Origin: a bacterium
GTDB lineage: Bacteria > Electryoneota > Electryoneia > Electryoneales > Electryoneaceae
DNA length: 64,000 nucleotides
Direction: 5' to 3'
Assembly (NCBI GenBank): GCA_963675295.2
Contig: CAXXKJ010000002.1
Coordinates: forward strand, 3,136,001-3,200,000
The first letter of the stretch is position 1, and each line of letters opens with the position of its first letter. Made by a program: the position numbers and the translations under genes. Under the pieces are notes generated by a model. The model searched no databases. It was not told the origin of the DNA and was given only the letters and a program-made list of their open reading frames with translations. Shown here in pieces: positions 1 through 9,881 of this stretch.

Positions 1-2079
1 CGCGCCACGTTGGTCACGTAGTTGCTCGAGTTCGAGTTTGGCCTTCGCGCGGTCGTGGATGCGTGACCCACCGTGGAACAGCGGCAGCGAGGCGTTGATC
101 CCAATCGACCAGTTGGTGTCATCTTGCGTCGGGATCTCCGCGTTCGCGAAGGATTGCGCCACATCCGGCGGCAGGCTGGAGAACAGCGACGACATGTCGG
201 AGGTGCCGGTGCGTTCGAGCAGCTGCTCGACCTCGGCCTGGACCGCAATGGTTGGCGCGATGAACTGCCAGTTTTTCGATGTCAGCAAACGTTCCTGCGC
301 GTCAATGGTCGCGTCGATCTGCTGGATCATCGGGTTGTTCTCAACACCGAACTCGGCAAAGAAATTGCGCATCACGCGGAAATTCCACGGGTTCGACATC
401 AACCACTGAATGGTCGGGTCGGCAAGGCCGAGATCGTCGTCAAGCAGGCTGACATCATCAAGCATGAATTGTTCTTCTATCGGCCGGTTGAGCATCCGGT
501 TGAGCTGCATTTCGGCGAGGTTACGCTGCATGTTGGCGTTGATCACCGCCTTCTTGTCGTTGGCAATCTGCGCCTGCCAGCGGTAGAGTTCGGACGGCCC
601 GGCGACACCGACCGTCTGCCGCACCTCCGCCAGCTCGAGGTTGGCGCGAGTGACGTCGAGGTTGGTGCGTTGCACGGATTCGTACGCATTCGCGCGCAGC
701 ACGTTGAGATACGCGACCGCGGCGTCATGGGCGATCTCATTGCTCAAGGACCGCAGCTCGTCCAGCCGTGACCGTTGCAAGCTTTTCTGAATGCTAAGGT
801 TCGCCCAGGCCTGTTCGGAGAAGATGACCTGCGTCAGGGACAGCACGCCGGAATAGGTTCCCTCCGCCTGCATCCCGAAGCTCGCCTCGGCACGGTCGGA
901 ATCGATGTACACCGCGCGCGCGGCGGCATCCAGTTGCGGCAGCAGGTTCGCCCATGCGTTCCCGACGTTCGTCTCCCCCGCCTCGACGGCTTTCCGTTTC
1001 GCTTCCAGCTCGAGGTTGACCTGCACCGCCTGACGGACAACGTCGGCGAGCGACCACTCGACGGCGACCTCTTCCCGTGACGCGTTGATCAGCTCGGCTT
1101 CGGTCAGCATCGCCCAGTCGGGGTAAACATCGATCGCGCGAGCGGTCGCCATGTTGATGATCAGCGTACGGTCGTTGGTAACCGCAACCGGCAGTTCGGA
1201 CGCCGGCGTGCCGGAGAGAATCCGCTGCATGTTGATCGCGGTACGACGTGCGCGGCGGAAGAAGAATTCATCCGGCATCAGGGTAGACAAAGCACCGTGT
1301 TCGACGTCGAACCGGCCCATCATCGAGTGCAGCGGGATCTTACGCTCGATCAGATCGTCGATCAGCGCCTGGTATTCACCGAGCGGCATGTCACCGGGCA
1401 ACGACACCAGCGCAGCGTCTGCACCGGCGGGCAGCTTCGCCATCGTTTCCGCCGCCGTGGCTGCCAGCGGGATCAACGTGACCTCGGCGTTGTATTGCTC
1501 GCGGATCTCATCCATCGCCAGCGACAGACGCGGCAAATCCTCGATGAAACTGGGGCCGATCAGGATCGCCAGGTGATGGAACGGCACAATCTCGTGGAAA
1601 ATCTCGATGTCGTGCCCCAGCCAGCCGAACGTCGAGAGGAAGTTAAAGTTCTCGATGCCGGATTTGCCGGTCGCTTCCGGGTCCAGCCCGATCAACGCCG
1701 GATCGATCACGAACGGTGCGATTACCGGATACGGCAAGGGTGACTTGCTGGCGACCAGCGATCCCGCCTTCACCCCCATCGCGATGAGAAAGTCAACGTC
1801 CTGAGCGGCGAGCAGGGTGTCCAGCGACTGCATGATGCCGGTGACGGTCCAGTCCGCTTCCCGGAGGTAACGTTCGGGGAATTGGACGACGTACTCATCG
1901 TCCAGCAAGGCGTGAATCTCATGCTCGAACAGGCTCTGTATCTCGTCGTTGCGAAACCACGGACCGTCCGCTAGGGTGGCGACGGTCAACGTGTCTTTCT
2001 GTGCTACAGCAGGGATCGCTGTGAACGAACAGAGCAGGAAAGCAGCGAGTACGATCAGGGTTGGAGCTTGGCGAATCAT
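1..2079 (-). CDS. TolC-family outer membrane efflux protein with N-terminal ABC substrate-binding-like domain (runs off left edge)
   Basis: Absent from the ORF track because it has no stop in the window. Translated in part by hand: signal peptide MIRQAPTLIVLAAFLLC; ABC_sub_bind-like RILSGTPASELPV..LIINMATARAI; TolC-type LADVVRQAVQVNLEL..LLPQL and AYLNVLRA..NLELAEVRQTVG. GGGGA RBS upstream. Confidence 0.8.
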   Translation of the reverse strand, partial: MIRQAPTLIVLAAFLLCSFTAIPAVAQKDTLTVATLADGPWFRNDEIQSLFEHEIHALLDDEYVVQFPERYLREADWTVTGIMQSLDTLLAAQDVDFLIAMGVKAGSLVASKSPLPYPVIAPFVIDPALIGLDPEATGKSGIENFNFLSTFGWLGHDIEIFHEIVPFHHLAILIGPSFIEDLPRLSLAMDEIREQYNAEVTLIPLAATAAETMAKLPAGADAALVSLPGDMPLGEYQALIDDLIERKIPLHSMMGRFDVEHGALSTLMPDEFFFRRARRTAINMQRILSGTPASELPVAVTNDRTLIINMATARAIDVYPDWAMLTEAELINASREEVAVEWSLADVVRQAVQVNLELEAKRKAVEAGETNVGNAWANLLPQLDAAARAVYIDSDRAEASFGMQAEGTYSGVLSLTQVIFSEQAWANLSIQKSLQRSRLDELRSLSNEIAHDAAVAYLNVLRANAYESVQRTNLDVTRANLELAEVRQTVGVAGPSELYRWQAQIANDKKAVINANMQRNLAEMQLNRMLNRPIEEQFMLDDVSLLDDDLGLADPTIQWLMSNPWNFRVMRNFFAEFGVENNPMIQQIDATIDAQERLLTSKNWQFIAPTIAVQAEVEQLLERTGTSDMSSLFSSLPPDVAQSFANAEIPTQDDTNWSIGINASLPLFHGGSRIHDRAKAKLELEQLRDQRGA

Positions 2080-2507
2080 GCGTTTATCCCCTAACAACGC
2101 GTCGTCTTGGTGCGATCGCGGATGCCGGAGTTGTCCATCGTCTGACAGGCACCGCGCGCTTGGCTGAGAGCTCAACTTCTTTCCAGCGAAGGATCACGTA
2201 CGTGACCTCACGGACAAATGATGAGCAGGGTCAACTGGTGGACAACGTTAGCCGTTGGGGTATCGCATCCCTCGCCTTGGGGGTGGGTGTCGTGTTTCCT
2301 CCCTTGGATTGCAAATGTTTTTCACAAGGTCCGGGTTTGCAAGTGGAAATCAGAAAAACCTGGCAATGTGAGTACCGGAATCGGCTCTCACGGAATCGCA
2401 GGGTGGGTGTGCTCCGGAATTCCGCAAACTGAAGCCTGAGGGCGTGGTTAGGGCTCAAAGGAATGGTCACCGGGACAGCACAAACCGGGCATCGGAACAA
2501 AAGATAA

Positions 2508-2537
2508 CGGGGACACTTACAGGCGTAAGTGTCCCCG
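2508..2537. repeat. REP-like palindrome CGGGGACACTTAC-AGGC-GTAAGTGTCCCCG; may also terminate the S8 gene transcript
   Basis: 13-bp perfect stem. Followed by TTATCTTTT on the minus strand. Same family at 10869-10902 and 10953-10980. Confidence 0.75.
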
Positions 2538-2546
2538 ATTGGTTTG

Positions 2547-2620
2547 TCTCACATCTCACATCTCGAGTCTCAAGCCTCAAGTCTTGAATCTCAGGACTCA
2601 AGACTCAGGACTCAGGACTG
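2547..2620. repeat. Degenerate 7-bp tandem array (TCTCACA>TCTCAAG>ACTCAGG), 10 units
   Basis: Units read directly. Starts a few bp after the stop codon of the S8 gene. Confidence 0.85.
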
Positions 2621-2624
2621 TCGG

Positions 2625-5600
2625 TTACTTCATCAACGTCACCTTTCGGATCTGGTTCAACTGACCCGGGACGGTCGCGCGGATGAAGTACAGGCCACTG
2701 GACAGGTTCGACGCGTCGAAGCTGTAGGTGTGGCTGCCGGCCGTGGCGACACCGCTTGCGAGGGTCGCGACCTGCTGGCCGGAGATGTTGTACACGGTGA
2801 CGGTCAGGTCCGCGTTCTGCGGCAGGTTGACGGTCAGCGAGGTGCTCGGGTTGAACGGGTTCGGGTAGGCTTCGCCCACGCTGAACTCGGTCGGGATTTC
2901 GGTCGCGGATGCAACCATCGATTCATCCGGCCACGGGGTGCTGCTCACGGTCCAGTCATCCAGGTCCATCGTGCCGGTGCTCGGCGTGCCGGACTTGGTG
3001 AAGGTGAACGAATCGCTGACGATATCGTTCGGCATGTAGCCAACGTAGCTGTGGTGGGTGTAGGTACCCGCCGGAGCGTAACCCGGGATCGACTGGCCGA
3101 ACATGGCGACGTTGATCACCTGGTTCGGGTTGAGGTTGAAGACGCGGGTGTACATCGGGCCATAGTCATTACCGTTCGGCAGCGTCGCCATGGTCCAGTA
3201 GGTCAAACCGGAATAGGTGCTGGCCGTGTTGTTGGTCAGGTTGGCACCATACGTTACCGTACCACCGTTCGGACCGACCGTGGTGTTGATCGGGGTGATG
3301 GTCAACGACATCGACGCCGCTTCCACCGCGTAGACTGTCACATCATCCACGCCCCAGTACCAACCCCAGCTGCCGTTATCGTTGTAGTACCAGCTGAAAC
3401 GGACGTTCGGCTGACCGGTCAGCGCTGGCAGGTTGTGGGTAACGGTTTCCGGGCCGATGTCCGGATCGGAATAGTTGACGATCGTCTGCCAGCCACCGTT
3501 GTTGATCGAGTACATCACGTAGCCGTCCTCGTTCTCGTACTCGTCGAACACGTGCGAGTACTCAAGCGCGACATCAGTACGATCGCTGAGGTCGAGGTAC
3601 GGCGTCACCAGACGTTCCTGCAGATGCGGACCGTCACCGACGACGTCGGAGTCGACGAGCATGTACGGAGTCGGGAACAGGTCACGTTCACCGCCGAAGT
3701 CGACATGCCACGTGCCGGACGCGACAGTCGTTTCAACCGACCAGTCGCCGGGCAGGCCACCGTCGAAGTCTTCGACGAGGACGTACGCGGATTCGTCAAT
3801 GTAGCTGACATACACCGACGGAGTCGGCGCGGACTGGCCATCGCTGTAGATCGCGACAACGTAGTACTCGTAGTTGCCGTAGGACGGCAGGTTATCAACG
3901 TAGGACTCGTTCGTCGGGCTGGCAATCAGGTTGCCGTTGCGGTACACCGCGTAGTTGAGGAACTCGTCGATTTCGTTGCCGCCGTTGTCGTTCTGGCTGG
4001 CGAGGAACTCGTCGAAGGTGCCGTTGGCGGTCATCTGCTGGCCGACACGGACCTGATGACGCCACTGCGCGGCGAGGTCATCCTTGTTGCCGGTCATGTC
4101 ATCAGCGCCGAGGAAATCGCTGCCACCGTTGCCAATGCTGTTCGCGGCTGCCGGAGCATCCCACGTCAGCGAGACCGCGCCGGTGTTGCCGTTCAGATCA
4201 GCCGCGAGGTTGGTCGGAGCCGGCCACGAAGCGCCACCGTACGCAGCGTTCAACGACGCGTAGGCGTTGATCCGGCCGGAACCGAGACGGCCCTGGTAGC
4301 TCGGGTTGACGCCGTCAATGTCGTCGGCGTAATCGAGGATCAGGGCTTCCAGCTCATCATCGGTCAGAGCCGGGTTGTAGTTGAGCAACAGGCCGGCGAC
4401 GGCGGCGGCGTTCGGGGACGCCATCGACGTACCGTCCCATGCGACGTAGTCGTACGGGTGCCAGCTGTTGTTCGACATGGTGGACCAGATATCCACGCCC
4501 GGGGCGGAGACGGCAACCCAGGTGCCGTACGTCGAGAACGACGCCTTGTGGTCGTTCTGATCGGTCGCGGCAACGGCGAGCACGGCATCGTACCCGGCCG
4601 GGTAGTTCATGTTCTGGTTGTTGTTGTTACCGGCGGATGCGAAGACGAGCACGTTGTTCGCGCGTGCGTAATTGACCGCAGCTTCGTACGCGGCGTTGGT
4701 GCTGCTGCCACCGAAGGAAATGCTGATCACACGGGCGCCGTTGTTGACGGCGTAGTTGACACCTTCCGCAAAGTCATCGGAATAGCCGGAACCGTACAGC
4801 GAGCCGAAGTATTCCCACGCGTACCCGGCACGAACCGGCATCGCCTTGACGTTCCAGGACGCAGCGGCAACACCCGTGCTGTTGTTGGTCACGCCGGCAG
4901 CCGAACCCATCACGTGCGTTCCGTGACCGTGGATGTCCGGATAGACCATGTTGTCACGCGGCGCGTAATCTTCCTGCGGAATCGAGCCGCTGGACGGGTT
5001 GTGCGAGACAAAGTCCCAGCCGACGAGGTCATCGATGAAGCCGTTGCCGTCATCGTCGACATTGTTGTTGTCGGACGGATCCCAGACACCGTTGTTGTTC
5101 AGGTCTTCACCCGGGTTGACGCGAATGTTTGCCGCGAGGTCCGGATGGTCAATGGTGCAGCCGGTATCGATCGTGGTGACGATCACTTCCGAATCACCAT
5201 GATGCAGATCCCACGCCTGCGGAACCTGCATCTTGGTCAGGCCCCACATGTTGTAGATGTTGTAGTCGTTCGAGGTGACGTGGGCGACGTCCGGATACAC
5301 CAACTCCGCCGCGATCACATCCTGCTCGAAGCTGAGGCCGTCGTACGCCGCGACGGCGTCGAAGTTGGCCGCATCGAGACGGAAGAACCTGTGCATGCCG
5401 AACGAATAGAAGCTGTCCAGCTTGTCCTGATCCTTTGGCAGGTGGAAGACCGGCGTCAGGGTCGGGTTGTCGAGATTCAGGTCCGCGACGGCTTCCGGAA
5501 TGGCGCGCATGTCACGAGCCATTTCGGCGGTCTCATCCTCGAGGGTGAGGATCAGGTGCGGAACCTCTGCGACCGCCAGCCCCACGCTGACGATGGCAAA

Positions 5601-5630
5601 AACAAACATCGCTAACAGGAAATGCTTCAT
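2625..5630 (-). CDS. Secreted S8 (subtilisin-like) serine peptidase with FN3-like, cleaved-adhesin-like, Ig-like and YPNPFN sorting domains
   Basis: Catalytic motifs IDTG, HGHGTHVMG, SAGN and DGTSMASP. Signal peptide. C-terminal AYPNPFNP..SSGLYF..KVTLMK. Confidence 0.92.
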   Translation of the reverse strand: MKHFLLAMFVFAIVSVGLAVAEVPHLILTLEDETAEMARDMRAIPEAVADLNLDNPTLTPVFHLPKDQDKLDSFYSFGMHRFFRLDAANFDAVAAYDGLSFEQDVIAAELVYPDVAHVTSNDYNIYNMWGLTKMQVPQAWDLHHGDSEVIVTTIDTGCTIDHPDLAANIRVNPGEDLNNNGVWDPSDNNNVDDDGNGFIDDLVGWDFVSHNPSSGSIPQEDYAPRDNMVYPDIHGHGTHVMGSAAGVTNNSTGVAAASWNVKAMPVRAGYAWEYFGSLYGSGYSDDFAEGVNYAVNNGARVISISFGGSSTNAAYEAAVNYARANNVLVFASAGNNNNQNMNYPAGYDAVLAVAATDQNDHKASFSTYGTWVAVSAPGVDIWSTMSNNSWHPYDYVAWDGTSMASPNAAAVAGLLLNYNPALTDDELEALILDYADDIDGVNPSYQGRLGSGRINAYASLNAAYGGASWPAPTNLAADLNGNTGAVSLTWDAPAAANSIGNGGSDFLGADDMTGNKDDLAAQWRHQVRVGQQMTANGTFDEFLASQNDNGGNEIDEFLNYAVYRNGNLIASPTNESYVDNLPSYGNYEYYVVAIYSDGQSAPTPSVYVSYIDESAYVLVEDFDGGLPGDWSVETTVASGTWHVDFGGERDLFPTPYMLVDSDVVGDGPHLQERLVTPYLDLSDRTDVALEYSHVFDEYENEDGYVMYSINNGGWQTIVNYSDPDIGPETVTHNLPALTGQPNVRFSWYYNDNGSWGWYWGVDDVTVYAVEAASMSLTITPINTTVGPNGGTVTYGANLTNNTASTYSGLTYWTMATLPNGNDYGPMYTRVFNLNPNQVINVAMFGQSIPGYAPAGTYTHHSYVGYMPNDIVSDSFTFTKSGTPSTGTMDLDDWTVSSTPWPDESMVASATEIPTEFSVGEAYPNPFNPSTSLTVNLPQNADLTVTVYNISGQQVATLASGVATAGSHTYSFDASNLSSGLYFIRATVPGQLNQIRKVTLMK

Positions 5631-6126
5631 GTTGACTACTCCCCATGTTCCGTTGCTGCGGCGGGTGGCCGCCTTATCTGGAAATGATCAAATCCAGCAG
5701 GAGATAAAAGATAGGTTATCCGAACATCGTTCAGGGGTACGATATCGCAAAAACCTCGGACCGTGAGATCCCCCCTTGAGTTTCGTGAATGACACAGACC
5801 GGTTGAAGTGCAACAGGTTACGGAATCTGTCCTGCACTCAGCGTGCTCGGCGTCACTCGCGTCATCTGGGGGGTGGACAGTGTAAGTATCATCAGCACGA
5901 GTAACAAATATAAGAAATATATCGATAAAACGAAAGGGATCGTGACTCCGTATTGCCAGAATGACTCTGTTTGACTCGTGTGGTCCGGCATGGTGCCGTT
6001 GCCAAGTTGAATGTCACGGGATGACGGGTGCCCGATGCCCGCGGGAGCTGTGCTACTGCGGCTACTCCTCCATCAGAACTTGCCCGTGTTGCAGAAGATG
6101 GCAACGCGGGTCGTGGGGCAGCGAAA

Positions 6127-7551
6127 TCACTCCCCGCCGCTCATCTTGTGAAAGTAGAAGCTCTGTTCGCGCGCGATATTGCCGTTGTACAGCAATCTGC
6201 CGGTGAACAAATACATCCCTGGCCCGGCATCGGCGGGGATGGTTTGTGTCATCTCTGGGATGTAGATGGATTGTCCGGGCGCAAGCGTGAACGTCCGCTG
6301 TAGCAACGGGCCGTGGACGACACTGTAAAACGGCGGTTCGGCGATAAATGTCTGGTAGGTTACGTTGGCAAACGTAAACGGGAGTTCGTTGAACAGCTGA
6401 GCGGCATAAGTGATCGTACCGCCGGACGCTGGAACAATGATGTTGCGCTCCGCGATTGAATAGGTGACGGCGTTCCAGGTCACGGTTTTTGTAACGCTGG
6501 GAATGGATTCGCCCTCGGGATCGTAGTACGCGGTGACGTGATAGTCGTATGTGCCATACTGAGGTAACTGGTCGGTGAACACGGTGTCCTCTGTCGTGCC
6601 GATCAGGGTTCCGTTCCGGTAGACACGGTATTCAACGAACTCGTCCAATGGATTACCCACACATATCCGTCGCTGGGCGTCATCTTGAGCAGAGTGAAGG
6701 CTCTCGCTTTCGCTGCGTCGATCATGTGTTTGCGGATCATCCCACGGCCAACCGGACATGCGAGGCGGCTGGTCGGTGGGGTTACCGGCAGGATCGAGCC
6801 ACTCCTCGACGACGTGGCCTCGACGCGGTTCCACCGACCGGTCCATCAACTGCGCATCACGGGTGCAGGAAATCTCGTTGAATCGTACGGTATTCCCGTC
6901 ACCATTTACAAGCCCCACATAACCCCAAGATAGAAAGTCTTCTTCAAATGAGTTTACATACGTGTCATTAATATATAAATCAAAAACATTTTCAAAAGAG
7001 ATTACTTTCAATACATTAATTTCCCCATCATTAGTATTTACTAAATCAGTTTCTGACCAATATACTGCGTATGACCAAGTTCCTTCATAATATTTAACAA
7101 CAGTATATTCAGGGCCGTCTCCCGGATGAAAACCATACCAAAAACCATAACCGGTATAATATTCATCTACTGGACCTAAAGAATGAAATATAATACCTCT
7201 AACATTAAAAAATTCAACATTTTCTATTTCTACCTCCAAGGTATAATTATGGTAATAGCTAGCTGAATAGTAAAATGAATTCATTAATATCCATCCTGAT
7301 ATATCCGCTTGGGACTCTAAATAACCATTTCCTACTATAAAATCGCTGTAATGAGGGGTATAGAACACAAAACTTTGGGCAGTGCTATCCTCAAAATTTT
7401 CTTCTAAACCCGTTGTTGATTCTTGTATCCAAATTATGCTCACAATTCCATTATACAGTTGTTGTATTTGAAGATTATGGGGGGGCGCAAGCTCAGCAAA
7501 TACAGAGATGGCGATAACTGTGCTAAAAGTAATGGTAAAAATGTATCTCAC
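6127..7551 (-). CDS. Secreted protein: lectin/DUF1080-like beta domain inserted in a split FN3-like module, plus Ig-like domain; no YPNPFN tail
   Basis: Signal peptide, GAGGA RBS, PPHNL..VSIIW and YRVYRNG..YDYHVTAYY motifs. C-terminal domain is shared with the S8 protease. Confidence 0.7.
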   Translation of the reverse strand: MRYIFTITFSTVIAISVFAELAPPHNLQIQQLYNGIVSIIWIQESTTGLEENFEDSTAQSFVFYTPHYSDFIVGNGYLESQADISGWILMNSFYYSASYYHNYTLEVEIENVEFFNVRGIIFHSLGPVDEYYTGYGFWYGFHPGDGPEYTVVKYYEGTWSYAVYWSETDLVNTNDGEINVLKVISFENVFDLYINDTYVNSFEEDFLSWGYVGLVNGDGNTVRFNEISCTRDAQLMDRSVEPRRGHVVEEWLDPAGNPTDQPPRMSGWPWDDPQTHDRRSESESLHSAQDDAQRRICVGNPLDEFVEYRVYRNGTLIGTTEDTVFTDQLPQYGTYDYHVTAYYDPEGESIPSVTKTVTWNAVTYSIAERNIIVPASGGTITYAAQLFNELPFTFANVTYQTFIAEPPFYSVVHGPLLQRTFTLAPGQSIYIPEMTQTIPADAGPGMYLFTGRLLYNGNIAREQSFYFHKMSGGE

Positions 7552-7635
7552 TGTATCCTCTACAAAGCAATAAACTAAAAGAGTAAAAAAATTTTCCAGA
7601 AACTTGCAAATGTCTGACAGTTGCAGACTTTACTA

Positions 7636-9506
7636 CTACCTCAACAAAGTTATTTTCCTGATGATTTGCTGTTGATCTCCTAGCGTACAGCAGATGAAGT
7701 ATAAACCACTGGAAAGCTGATCTGAAATGAAAACAAACTCATGAATCCCAGCAGCGAAGTGCCCGTCAGAAATTTGTTTGACTTTTTGTCCTGTGATATT
7801 GTATAATTCCACCCTTAATATTGCAGATTTCGGTAAATGTACAGAGAATTTGGCACTTGCATTGAAAGGATTTGGACTAACTTCTGAAATGATATATTCT
7901 CCTTCGGTTTCGACTGCGGGCAATTGAGAATCGCCCACGGCCAACCGGGTCGCCGTCACAACTTCAAACGTTTTCCTTTCAACGCCAATGGGCTCGAGGA
8001 TTTTATCGTTCGGATAACCGTCATCGTAAACCGCATAACCGAAATTCATAAAAAAGTAACAATCATCACCGACAGTGTAGACTGTATCGGGTATCGATAC
8101 TATACCCGAACCAGAATATGTTTCCGGTAGCGTTCCAAGAGTGTCAGGCGGCCATTGGCAAACTTGGTGCAATCCCGGAACGAAGACTGTATACCATGCG
8201 TAAATCTCAACATCAGATGTATCGTTCAGAGTAACTGAATAGCTATAAGATAAATCATCATTAATTTCTACAGCAGAAGACGTAACGAAGGAATCTACTG
8301 TTCCAAGCGGATCAGCATCATCATGTAGCTGTACATATATGTACATTGACCTTCTCCATAACAAGCCGCTACAATATCTTTTTTTGAAGATGCAGTAATA
8401 TCTTCAACGGCAATTCCTTTTCCTAAAGGGCAATTACCAATAGTAAAAGGGCCATTAACATACGGCCAATTTGGAATACTTACAAACATCTGAACCTGAT
8501 GCCCTCTAAGCGTCGTTGCGGCAAAATCCAATGCTGTAGTCCCATAGAAATCCGTTAACCAAGTATCTCTCGCATCATTTGAAGAAATAGGAAACTCATT
8601 CCATAGAATGTTTCCACCATCTTCGTAAGCTAGAAATGCTACGAATCCGAAAGTAGATCGTATCGCAGGACCAGATTCACCTGCGAATGAAATAAGTAAA
8701 TCATTAAAATTATCTTGGGGATTCAATTTTCCTATTCTCACAGACCTCGGACTTTTCAAAGTAGCTGGATCGATTTGTTCATATACAGTTTCAGGCGTAC
8801 TTTCAAATGGTGGATTTCCTGATGCTGTACCGTGATAAATATAAACACCCTCCGAATCCCATACTCCCAAGTGTGTCGTCGTGACGACAAGATCAATGTA
8901 AGCGTCCAGATCAAGATGTCCAAGTGCGACAGCATATGGGTACGGAAGATCGTCATCAATTACCAAAGTTTCCCAATCATTTTGAGATGCATCATCGTTC
9001 CGGTACATGACAACTTCACCCTCGCCGTAGATGGCGGCGAATACATCTCCATCATCATCACCGTCAACATCTTCAACAGCGAGGCCAAGTGGTTGGTTCA
9101 AATTCGATGCAATGGTATTCGTCGAAAGCATGTCACTGACATACGTGTACCACTTGATAGATCCCGTGGGTGTCAGGTTGCTGGCGACGAAATCAAGTTT
9201 GCCATTAATCCCGTCTATATCGCCAAAGGCCAAGCCCGCTGCATGATCCATTCCAGCATCAACCACCACTTCTGTCCAGCCGCCATTTGAATAATTATAG
9301 GCCAACACGACTTTACCGCATTCAGCATTGGCATGACCCCAAGCCGTGGTGACGACATCCGGACCAGTACCACCTCTGAAATCCGCAGCAACTACTTGAA
9401 TCGGGCCAGGAAGATCATCGTAAACCGTTGTTCGATCCCACCCTTGACTGAGTGCCAAGCTAATCCAACACAGGCTTATCAGCAATATGTACGCAGTAAT
9501 ACGCAT
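7636..9506 (-). pseudogene. FG-GAP/VCBS repeat secreted protein with YPNPFN-like tail, split by a 1-bp frameshift near 8346 (ORFs 8295-9506 and 7636-8364)
   Basis: N-part has a signal peptide and D-x-D-G-D repeats ending DIVAACYGEGQ. C-part continues MYIYVQ and ends SPNPFNA..SSGLYF..KITLLR. One extra A at CAATG would fuse the frames. AT-rich. Confidence 0.7.
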
Positions 9507-9881
9507 TATTCCCCCTATTGGTTCAGCACCGTTCGGTGTGAACCCTTCCCACACGACTACGGTACTTGCAAGATACGAATTATGCAGGTATGAAAATCAC
9601 TTAGCAGGTAGGAAATGATGTAAATATAGCAGTTAGGCAACTATAACGATTTTATCGTATATCACTAAAATTCATTGCGTTGTGAGATCATGACGTATAG
9701 TAATGAGAGCCGGGACACGTGACCCGGGCAGATCCCAGTACAAGCCGGAATCACGACAGATGGCTGGTCGTCACGCAACTCGGGCTGCATTTAGCTTCCG
9801 CTCCGGGGGCTACGGGGTGGGTTGTCCGGTGAGGGCGGCGCGTGTAGATTAGGCCGGTTTCTACACGGAGAAAGGGACACC

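Noticed and set aside
2080-2500. Riboswitch or ncRNA in long intergenic regions (also 5631-6126 and 30547-30960)
   Set aside because: No conserved aptamer motif recognisable by eye. An Rfam/Infernal scan would be needed to exclude one.
2529-5615. 1028-aa plus-strand ORF, and similar long antisense ORFs (15757-17796, 57216-58751, 61149-62930, 73-771)
   Set aside because: In-register shadows of real genes on the opposite strand, caused by high-GC codon bias. No motifs recognised.
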